DNA from: a virus
Length of the DNA stretch: 14,791 nt
IMG/VR virus record: IMGVR_UViG_3300010388_000185
Span: 1 to 14,791 of that record
Direction: 5' to 3' (one strand)
Shown: piece after piece, positions 1-5,149 of the stretch
Position numbering within the stretch: position 1 is the stretch's first letter
How the letters are laid out: every line of letters begins with the position of its first letter
Translations under genes and position numbers: made by a program
The notes under the pieces: model-generated
The model's input: the letters and a program-made list of their open reading frames with translations, nothing else
Databases searched by the model: none
What the model was told of the DNA's origin: nothing

Positions 1-55
1 ACCGGTGCGCAATTCTATTTATATAAAAATTCTACAAATTTACAGACTTTAGGCG
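1..55. repeat. Left copy of an exact 55-bp terminal direct repeat (identical to 14737-14791)
   Basis: accggtgcgcaattctatttatataaaaattctacaaatttacagactttaggcg occurs at 1-55 and again, base for base, at 14737-14791. It lies inside coding sequence. Confidence 0.97.
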
Positions 56-246
56 CATCTACTACTTACGGATTACCAGACGGCCACGTGGGTACTGGAA
101 TTAGTGCTAACTATGTAGAGACTTCTGGCTCTACAACAGCAAGAACCTACGCCGTATATTTCAACCAGCAATATACCGCTGGAACTGTAAACGTCCAGCG
201 CGACGGTGCTGGGTCGTCTATGACTATTATCGAGGTGTCTCAGTAA
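1..246 (+). CDS. 3' part (last 81 codons) of the tail fibre / receptor-binding protein gene that starts at 14425 and wraps around the window ends
   Basis: Frame 1 is open from nt 1 to TAA at 244-246 (TGAQFYLYKNSTNLQTLGASTTYGLPDGHVGTGISANYVETSGSTTARTYAVYFNQQYTAGTVNVQRDGAGSSMTIIEVSQ). There is no start codon in the window. The frame is continuous with the ORF opening at 14425 once the 55-bp repeat is collapsed. The stop overlaps the next start (TAATG). It is absent from the supplied ORF track because it is truncated by the window edge. Confidence 0.85.
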   Translation, partial: TGAQFYLYKNSTNLQTLGASTTYGLPDGHVGTGISANYVETSGSTTARTYAVYFNQQYTAGTVNVQRDGAGSSMTIIEVSQ

Positions 247-578
247 TGAACTTACAAGAACTAACAGACGGCCTAACCGCTCTAGGCTTCACTACCGGCT
301 ACGCTGCGAAAGACGGCGACCCAGCCGAAATTATCCTATGGGAAAACGAAGCTAAACAGCCTACTACCGCAGCTATCCTAAAGGCAGCTCCACAGGGAGC
401 TTACCTACGCGCCCAGGCAATAGTCGCAGAGCAACGACGCCAGGCGTACGTCTTAGAAAGCGACCCATTAGCGTTTAAGTACCAGGAAACCGAACTTCCA
501 GAAGATAAAGCTGCCTGGTTAGCTAAAAAGGAAGAAATTAAAGCACGTTATCCAGAGCCAGAAGCGCCGGTAAAATAA
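246..578 (+). CDS. Hypothetical 110-aa protein, possibly XkdW-like / tail-fibre-associated (function tentative)
   Basis: The ATG overlaps the upstream TAA (TAATG) and the stop overlaps the next ATG. The gene sits between the tail fibre and the lysis cassette. From memory, the N-terminal pattern (DGDPAEIILWENEAKQPT) and the position resemble XkdW-type small proteins of PBSX-like elements. The C-terminus (AAWLAKKEEIKARYPEP) is reminiscent of tail-fibre assembly proteins. Confidence refers to coding status, not function. Confidence 0.8.
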   Translation: MNLQELTDGLTALGFTTGYAAKDGDPAEIILWENEAKQPTTAAILKAAPQGAYLRAQAIVAEQRRQAYVLESDPLAFKYQETELPEDKAAWLAKKEEIKARYPEPEAPVK

Positions 579-1216
579 TGTCACAATGGCAAAACTGGCT
601 TAACAGCGTAGACGGAGTAGCTATCGACGTAGACGGCAACTGGGGCCCGCAATGCTGGGACCTATGGTCGCACTACGCTATGAATAACTTCGGCTGTTCA
701 ATGTGGGCAACCAGCACTAACGCCGGTGGCACTTACCACCACCCAGGCTATACCTGCGAAATCTGGCATAACTTCAGCACCGGACCGCTAGGACAATGGT
801 TTACACCACACAATGGCACTCCACAGCGTGGAGACGTAGCCCTGTGGGAGTGGGGAAGCGCTGTCGGACCACAGTCACACGTCGCTATTGTCGTAGAAGA
901 CCGCGGCGGCTCTATCCTCTGTATGACTCAGAACCCTGGCCCTTCTCACTATGGAAACCTGTCTAAGGCTGGAATTTTAGGCTACCTACGTCCAGATAAC
1001 CAGAGTATTTTCGACGGAGACCCAGCACCCGCACCGGCTCCAGCACCTACGCCAGGCGGACAGGTATACGTTATCCAGCCTGGAGACACTCTCTGGGGAG
1101 TCTCAGAACGCTTCTACGGTACTGGCACCCGTTATATGGAAATCTTTAACGCTTCCAGCTTCCGCAGCGGAAACCCTTCCCTAATCTTCCCTGGCGAAGT
1201 AGCCAATATTCCATAG
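578..1216 (+). CDS. Endolysin: N-terminal CHAP peptidase domain, Pro/Ala linker, C-terminal LysM domain
   Basis: 212 aa. The CHAP-type catalytic Cys context is NWGPQCWDLWSHY and the downstream His context is SHVAIVV. The linker is PAPAPAPAPTPG. The C-terminal YVIQPGDTLWGVSERFYGTGTRYMEIFNAS...LIFPGEVANIP matches the LysM consensus (Y.V..GDTLW.IA..Y...........N.......I.PGq.l.IP). Confidence 0.9.
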   Translation: MSQWQNWLNSVDGVAIDVDGNWGPQCWDLWSHYAMNNFGCSMWATSTNAGGTYHHPGYTCEIWHNFSTGPLGQWFTPHNGTPQRGDVALWEWGSAVGPQSHVAIVVEDRGGSILCMTQNPGPSHYGNLSKAGILGYLRPDNQSIFDGDPAPAPAPAPTPGGQVYVIQPGDTLWGVSERFYGTGTRYMEIFNASSFRSGNPSLIFPGEVANIP

Positions 1217-1226
1217 GAGCAGGAAC

Positions 1227-1511
1227 GTGAAAAAATTCCTTACACCACAGGTTAGAACTTTCGTCTACGGCGCTACAGCTGCGCTTCTGAGCGTAGCGAC
1301 AGTCCAGGGCTGGATAAGCGACGACCTAGCTAAGTCAATCGAAACCAATATTCCGACTATTGTCGGAGCTTTAGCGTCTATCGTGGCAGCTGCCAACGTG
1401 AAACAGCCCGCTAAGGTAGAAGTCCCTGTAGTTGCTGACCGTATCGACGTAGTCGCAGCTCCTACCGTAACCCACGTCGCCCAGGCTGGCGCGACTGAAC
1501 TTCCCCTGTAA
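1227..1511 (+). CDS. Holin (two predicted transmembrane helices, charged C-terminal tail)
   Basis: GTG start 7 nt after GGAG (1216-1219). 94 aa. The hydrophobic helices are VRTFVYGATAALLSVATVQGWI and IPTIVGALASIVAAANV. The gene lies immediately downstream of the endolysin. Confidence 0.75.
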   Translation: MKKFLTPQVRTFVYGATAALLSVATVQGWISDDLAKSIETNIPTIVGALASIVAAANVKQPAKVEVPVVADRIDVVAAPTVTHVAQAGATELPL

Positions 1512-1723
1512 TGGATAACGGGCAGACCGCGGCTGTTATTACGCTTCGGGAAGTATACGACGCTGTGGTAGGTCTCAAAGTAGAGCTGGACGGTATTCCA
1601 AAGATAGCCGCCGACCACGAAAACCGAATTCGCGACTTAGAGCGAAAAGTGTGGTCTTACAGTAGTCTGGCGGCTATCGGTGGCGCAGCTTTAGCGCAGA
1701 TAGTTAGCTATCTTCTGCGGTAA
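1511..1723 (+). CDS. Tail-anchored coiled-coil membrane protein, XhlA-like lysis accessory candidate
   Basis: The ATG overlaps the holin TAA (TAATG). 70 aa. The N-terminal part is amphipathic/coiled-coil (LREVYDAVVGLKVELDGIPKIAADHENRIRDLERKV) and there is a single C-terminal TMD (SSLAAIGGAALAQIVSYLL). This is the same architecture as PBSX XhlA-type proteins. Architecture only; similarity was not tested. Confidence 0.6.
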   Translation: MDNGQTAAVITLREVYDAVVGLKVELDGIPKIAADHENRIRDLERKVWSYSSLAAIGGAALAQIVSYLLR

Positions 1724-2261
1724 GTTCTTTACCTTTAGCTGTGATAGCGTCCAGGACGGCTTTAGGCGCGTTCTCAGACTTAGCTAACGCATAGAGCCCG
1801 CGGGCTCCGTTAGCGTCTTCCAGCTTCGCTATTTCTTCAGGCCAGTTTATGAGTGGCTTATCCCACGCTTCTGTAACGGCGGCTGTAGTTGCTTTATTAG
1901 GTGGAGTTACTCCGCGTTCTACCTTGCCCATTTCTTCACGACTAGCACGCTTCGAACCGTGTAAAGCCATATTAGCCAGGGCTCGACCAATAGCCGACGT
2001 TTCACAGTTCTCCAGGGCGCTAGTCTTATTAGCTCCGTAACCGCCGTCCACTTCGAACGCGTAACCCGTAGCCTTCGGCAAGCCTAGACGGTGGTCTTCC
2101 TGTGTCGTATAAAGACGTGCCTTGACGACCCACAGGCCGCGCTCACGTTCTTCCTTAGTCGTCATATTCTCAGTAACGATACGACCGTCTTCGTAGAGCG
2201 TGTAGAACTTCTTAATTCGAGTCTCTACCAGCTCATAATCTGCCAGGTTAAAGTTAGCCAT
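1704..2261 (-). CDS. Rad52/Sak-like single-strand annealing protein candidate (only clear minus-strand gene)
   Basis: 185 aa. The ATG at 2261-2259 is preceded by GAAGGACA-GA. The core GYAFEVDGGYGANKTSALENCETSAIGRALANMALHG resembles the Rad52-family signature (G.G......A.e.A.TdA.KRAL..fG..lG). The N-terminal LVETRIKKFYTLYEDGRIVTE resembles the start of Sak/DUF1071-type proteins. The family call is from memory. Confidence 0.55.
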   Translation of the reverse strand: MANFNLADYELVETRIKKFYTLYEDGRIVTENMTTKEERERGLWVVKARLYTTQEDHRLGLPKATGYAFEVDGGYGANKTSALENCETSAIGRALANMALHGSKRASREEMGKVERGVTPPNKATTAAVTEAWDKPLINWPEEIAKLEDANGARGLYALAKSENAPKAVLDAITAKGKELTAEDS

Positions 2262-2396
2262 TCTGTCCTTCTTTCTAGTTAGTCCCTGTCTACGACTATT
2301 ACACAGTCACAAACGGGAGTAGGTCCAATAATGTCACGAACCTGGTCCAGGCTCAACGACATCATTCGTTTATATATTTCGTGTCCTTCACATAAC

Positions 2397-2424
2397 TTGA
2401 TAATCACAAATAGAAGTGTATAGT
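2397..2424 (+). promoter_or_regulatory. Candidate sigma-70/SigA-type rightward promoter: TTGATA-N16-TATAGT
   Basis: -35 TTGATA at 2397-2402 (5/6 to TTGACA), 16-nt spacer, -10 TATAGT at 2419-2424 (5/6 to TATAAT). An AT-rich tract tttatatattt lies upstream at 2369-2379. It points toward the long + strand gene string that starts at 2562. A second TATAGT lies at 2514-2519 with only a poorly spaced TTGAAG (20 nt). Confidence 0.4.
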
Positions 2425-2430
2425 CCACTA

Positions 2431-2475
2431 CAGACAAAAAGAAGCCCCGCCTGGAACTCAACTCACAGGCGGGGC
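2431..2475 (-). terminator. Rho-independent terminator oriented on the minus strand (orphan: no minus-strand gene upstream of it)
   Basis: Perfect 10-bp GC-rich stem, gccccgcctg (2444-2453) / caggcggggc (2466-2475), with a 12-nt loop gaactcaactca. On the minus strand the hairpin is followed by TTCTTTTTGTCTG (complement of 2431-2443). On the + strand no T-run follows. Confidence 0.6.
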
Positions 2476-2561
2476 AGGTAACTAATGTTGAAGGACAGTT
2501 AGCTGTTACTAAGTATAGTGGCAGCGGCGGACTTTCACCACAATATCTAGGAGTAAAGCCC

Positions 2562-3521
2562 GTGTTTGACGATATGCCTACACACCCAGACTTCAGCGAG
2601 AAATCAGCCTGGACACCTGACCAATACGCCGAAGTATTCCAGCTGACGGAAGCGGACCGTAAACTTCTAGCGCAGCAATTCCCAGACCAATGGGCAGAAC
2701 CGTCGTTCTACGACACGCGGGAGCTGCTAGAAGCCGACCCGAACGAAACTCTAGCGACCAGCTTCCTGAGACGCTCAGACGGGATACACGCCATATATCC
2801 AGGCTGCCACACAGCCATATACGGCGAACCAGGCTCAGGTAAAACAATGCTGGCTAAATACGCCACAGCCCAGGCACTAAAAGACGGATACAAAGTCGCA
2901 CATATAGACATAGACGACAACCGTAAAGAAATCGTCGCCCACGACGTCCACAAATTCGGGGCAACAGCCGACGAAATGATAGCCCGCTGGAAACTATCCC
3001 AGCCAGACAGCTTAGAACGCTTAGACGCGCTCTGGGAACGTCTCACAAACGACGGCTTCGACCTAGTCATAATCGACTCTATGGCTTCCCTGGAAGGCCT
3101 TACAGCTGCCGACGCCAACACGGGCCTGGACTTCGTACAACGTATCTACCTTCCCTACGTTAAACGCCTAATGAACGCCAATATCGCGGTAATTAGTATC
3201 GACCACACAGGCAAAGACAAAGACCGCCGCGGAGCTATGGGCTCAACCCAGAAACTAGCGAAGTCAGACCTGGCCTTACACGTCGTCGTACCAGAGTCCG
3301 GCGAAGGACTCACACCTGGCGAATTAGGCCACGTCGCTATCTACGTCGATAAAGACCGCTACGGCGTCACGAAAGCAAACAGCCAACTACGCGAATACGC
3401 TAAAGGCCATATGCGCAGCCTATTCGGTACGTTCACTATCCCAGGCACGGGCTTACAGGACGCCACCATAACCAGCCCTAAACAGGACGTACCAAACAAA
3501 GTTCGCTACGACTTCCGCTAA
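2562..3521 (+). CDS. RecA-fold AAA_25 / RepA-like ATPase, putative replicative helicase
   Basis: GTG start 8 nt after TAGGAG (2548-2553). 319 aa. Walker A is IYGEPGSGKT (nt 2823-2846) and Walker B is DLVIIDS. The motifs ISIDHTGKD and RGAMGSTQKLAKSDLALHV parallel the HHxxK and RGsSal motifs of RSF1010 RepA-type hexameric helicases. Confidence 0.8.
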   Translation: MFDDMPTHPDFSEKSAWTPDQYAEVFQLTEADRKLLAQQFPDQWAEPSFYDTRELLEADPNETLATSFLRRSDGIHAIYPGCHTAIYGEPGSGKTMLAKYATAQALKDGYKVAHIDIDDNRKEIVAHDVHKFGATADEMIARWKLSQPDSLERLDALWERLTNDGFDLVIIDSMASLEGLTAADANTGLDFVQRIYLPYVKRLMNANIAVISIDHTGKDKDRRGAMGSTQKLAKSDLALHVVVPESGEGLTPGELGHVAIYVDKDRYGVTKANSQLREYAKGHMRSLFGTFTIPGTGLQDATITSPKQDVPNKVRYDFR

Positions 3522-3542
3522 TCAGAAATAAAAGGCGTGTCG

Positions 3543-3657
3543 GACTTGACAAGGCCACCAGAAAATAGAGAAGGTGGTTAAGTCAAAGTCTCTAACCTAA
3601 TCTTCTCCCTTCCGGCGGCGGTAAGACCGCCGGAAAAGGGAAGATAGGAAAGGGAAG
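3543..3657. other. Structured intergenic element (two hairpins plus purine-rich direct repeats); candidate replication origin or regulatory site
   Basis: Imperfect hairpin at 3543-3590: gacttgac..ccacc / ggtgg..gtcaaagtc. Perfect 9-bp palindrome arms ttccggcgg (3610-3618) / ccgccggaa (3627-3635) with an 8-nt loop. Direct repeats ggaaaagggaag (3632-3643) and ggaaagggaag (3647-3657), with an inverted relative cttctcccttcc at 3602-3613. The structures are certain; the function is speculative. Confidence 0.35.
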
Positions 3658-3683
3658 TAACTCTATATCGAAAGAAGGACAAA

Positions 3684-3995
3684 ATGGCACTACTAAAAAT
3701 TGAGTCAGGCACCGTAAAAAGACACGTCGGCAGCCGTGGCGCTTTCGTCGTCGAAGAACAGGTAACACTCCCAGACGGTCGCAGCTTCCCAAAGGCGTAC
3801 ACCGTATGGGCTGAAGGTGAACCGCCAGCTGTAGGCGCAATCGTCGCCGTTACCGGAGTATTCTCCGCTAAGACACGCGAATACCCAGCACCCAGCGGAA
3901 TGAAAACCGCCGTAGACATCTCACTAAATGAGCCAGAAGTAACAACACTTCACGCTGTAGCTCAACCCGCACAGTCTGAAGAACTACCGTTCTAA
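3684..3995 (+). CDS. ssb: Short OB-fold single-stranded DNA-binding protein with SSB-type acidic C-terminal tip
   Basis: The ATG is preceded by GAAGGACA-AA. 103 aa. KAYTVWAEGEPPAVGAIVAVTGVFSAKTREYPAPSGMKTAVDISL fits the SSB OB pattern (..v.vW......vG..V.V.G.l....y....G......i.). The C-terminus SEELPF mimics the bacterial SSB tip D-D-D-I-P-F. Confidence 0.65.
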   Translation: MALLKIESGTVKRHVGSRGAFVVEEQVTLPDGRSFPKAYTVWAEGEPPAVGAIVAVTGVFSAKTREYPAPSGMKTAVDISLNEPEVTTLHAVAQPAQSEELPF

Positions 3996-4084
3996 TGACT
4001 CCAGAAGCGTGGGTAGGTCTAGCTATTATCACAGTAGCAACGCTCCTAGTCCTAACCTTTATCGGACTATTAACAACTATTTAG
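3995..4084 (+). CDS. Unlisted 29-aa single-pass membrane peptide (MTPEAWVGLAIITVATLLVLTFIGLLTTI)
   Basis: The ATG overlaps the ssb TAA (TAATG at 3993-3997), the same coupling junction used by eight other gene pairs. The ORF fills the otherwise empty gap before the next gene, is strongly hydrophobic, and ends at TAG 4082-4084. It is below the length cut-off of the ORF track. Confidence 0.5.
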   Translation: MTPEAWVGLAIITVATLLVLTFIGLLTTI

Positions 4085-4099
4085 ACAGGAAAAGAAACA

Positions 4100-4342
4100 A
4101 TGACTGAAACAAAGAAGCTAACTCCAGCACAGAAACTAAAGCTGGCAGAGGCAGAAATCGTAAAGCTTAAGGAACTTATCTTCAAGCAGACCGAAGAACA
4201 CGCCCGCGAACTATCCACCCGTGTAGCAGAAGCACAGAACACTACCTACACGCTTGGATACGACGAAGGCTTCCGCGACGCTACCAATATCGCAGCTGCT
4301 CAGAAAGCAGACGCCGGTATCGCCCGCTTCTTCCGAAAGTAA
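4100..4342 (+). CDS. Hypothetical 80-aa coiled-coil protein
   Basis: ATG 9 nt after AGGA (4087-4090). The N-terminal half is a Lys/Glu-rich helix (KLTPAQKLKLAEAEIVKLKELIFKQTEEHARE). No recognisable motif. Composition is in line with neighbouring genes. Confidence 0.7.
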   Translation: MTETKKLTPAQKLKLAEAEIVKLKELIFKQTEEHARELSTRVAEAQNTTYTLGYDEGFRDATNIAAAQKADAGIARFFRK

Positions 4343-4348
4343 ACTGTA

Positions 4349-4765
4349 ATGCTTCGCGTATGGATACCAGGCCACCCGAAACCGCAAGGCTCCAAGATAG
4401 CTGGACGGCGTAAAGACGGCACAGTATTTATGCGCGAAGCAAACAGTAAAGCCAGGCCCTGGCGTAACGTCGTTATCGAAGCGTTATCTAAAGAAGCACC
4501 GGACACACTAGAAGGCCCAGTCAGAGTATCGGCTAACTTCTATATGCCAATGCTGAAGAACCCTATTCCTTACCCTGTGACACGCTCCAGCTACGACGTA
4601 GATAAGCTCGCAAGAAATATCTTGGACGCCTTGACGATAGCCAAAATAGTTGGCGACGACAGCCAGGTAGTAACACTCATAGCAACTAAAGAATACTCAG
4701 AACGACCAGGGGTAACGATAACCGTAGAACCCTACAAAGAATTCCTAGACCGCTTCTGGGAATAA
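4349..4765 (+). CDS. rusA: RusA-family Holliday junction resolvase
   Basis: 138 aa. The N-terminal IPGHPKPQGSK and the catalytic-region motif YDVDKLARNILDALTIAKIVGDDSQVVTLIATKEY match the RusA pattern (D.DN..K...Dal......DDsqv......K). Confidence 0.85.
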   Translation: MLRVWIPGHPKPQGSKIAGRRKDGTVFMREANSKARPWRNVVIEALSKEAPDTLEGPVRVSANFYMPMLKNPIPYPVTRSSYDVDKLARNILDALTIAKIVGDDSQVVTLIATKEYSERPGVTITVEPYKEFLDRFWE

Positions 4766-4785
4766 CAACAAGAATGAAGGACATA

Positions 4786-4896
4786 ATGCTAAAGAACACT
4801 ATTCGCTGGACCGTAGCAATAACACTAATCGCAGCCACAACCGGATACGCAATTGGCGGTATCTGGATACTATGGGCATATGTCACAGCACCATAA
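4786..4896 (+). CDS. Unlisted 36-aa single-pass membrane peptide (MLKNTIRWTVAITLIAATTGYAIGGIWILWAYVTAP); alternative start ATG 4774 gives 40 aa
   Basis: The ATG at 4786 is preceded by GAAGGACA-TA, the same octamer and 2-nt spacing seen before the ssb and annealing-protein starts. The hydrophobic core is flanked by Trp and Arg. It fills the RusA-HNH gap and overlaps the HNH ATG by 17 nt. TAA at 4894-4896. Confidence 0.5.
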   Translation: MLKNTIRWTVAITLIAATTGYAIGGIWILWAYVTAP

Positions 4897-5149
4897 AGAC
4901 AAGAACTGGTCTAAGTATGTCAAGAAAGCTAGAGCAATACTCAGAGCCCAGCTCCCCTTACCTTGCGTTGAGTGCGGTAGCCCAGTTTATCCAGACGATA
5001 GCTGGGACGTGGGACACCTGTTCGCACTCTCAGAAGGCGGAGATATTGGAAGCTACGGCGCGAGTCACCGCAAGTGTAACCGAAGTGCTGGCGGAAAACT
5101 TGGCGCGAAGCAAACCAATCAGCGAAAGAAACAGCTAAGACAATGGTAA
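4880..5149 (+). CDS. HNH endonuclease (terminase-associated type)
   Basis: 89 aa from ATG 4880. The ORF track extends it to a TTG at 4853, which I consider less likely. The zinc/HNH motifs are CVECG...WDVGHLFALSEGGD...SHRKCNRSAG. The stop overlaps the terminase start (ATGGTAA, 5143-5149). Confidence 0.85.
   Translation: MSQHHKDKNWSKYVKKARAILRAQLPLPCVECGSPVYPDDSWDVGHLFALSEGGDIGSYGASHRKCNRSAGGKLGAKQTNQRKKQLRQW

Larger units (their letters stand above)
2382..2497. repeat. 9-bp inverted repeat TGTCCTTCA (2382-2390) / TGAAGGACA (2489-2497) bracketing the promoter and terminator hairpin of the control region
   Basis: Exact reverse complements read directly from the sequence. Both contain the octamer GAAGGACA, which elsewhere in the genome sits 2 nt upstream of three ATG starts. 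Here no start codon follows. Confidence 0.7.

Noticed and set aside
1-55. Interpreting the 55-bp repeat as a true physical direct terminal repeat of the virion DNA
   Set aside because: The repeat lies in the middle of a structural gene, and its length equals a common assembly k-mer. HNH plus TerL also suggests cos-type ends elsewhere. It is kept as a possibility to test, not as the favoured reading.
1849-2282. Two 63-aa + strand ORFs
   Set aside because: Both are antisense to the annealase gene and have no start signals. They would also require + strand translation past the convergent gene overlap.
2279-2461. 60-aa minus-strand ORF in the control region, with a possible 28-aa version from ATGATG near 2365
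   Set aside because: The listed TTG start lies inside the loop of the terminator hairpin, and the ORF contains the best rightward promoter. The internal ATGATG has no properly spaced SD: the GAAGGACA copy is 17 nt away rather than 2. A tiny leftward gene cannot be excluded, but I do not call it.
2593-3121. Two overlapping minus-strand ORFs (84 and 137 aa)
   Set aside because: Both are antisense to the Walker-motif-bearing helicase gene. They are Arg/Ser-rich shadow frames.
3546-3551. A perfect TTGACA -35 hexamer in the helicase-ssb gap
   Set aside because: No TAnnnT-type -10 lies 16-18 nt downstream. The hexamers at that distance are gagaag, agaagg and gaaggt, and the nearest candidate, TAGAGA, is only 14 nt away. 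The TTGACA is part of the hairpin arm, so I treat it as coincidental.
3578-3919. Minus-strand ORFs of 113 and 82 aa spanning the structured intergenic region and the ssb antisense strand
   Set aside because: They run through the hairpin/purine-box region and opposite the well-supported ssb ORF. The products are low in complexity (Pro/Leu/Arg-rich or Ser/Thr/Ala-rich). They are probably frame shadows.
4853-5138. TTG-extended HNH start (4853) and an 88-aa alternative-frame ORF (4872-5138)
   Set aside because: The TTG extension adds 9 residues with no SD and would overlap the membrane micro-ORF more deeply. The alternative frame lies inside the motif-bearing HNH frame and has no recognisable features.
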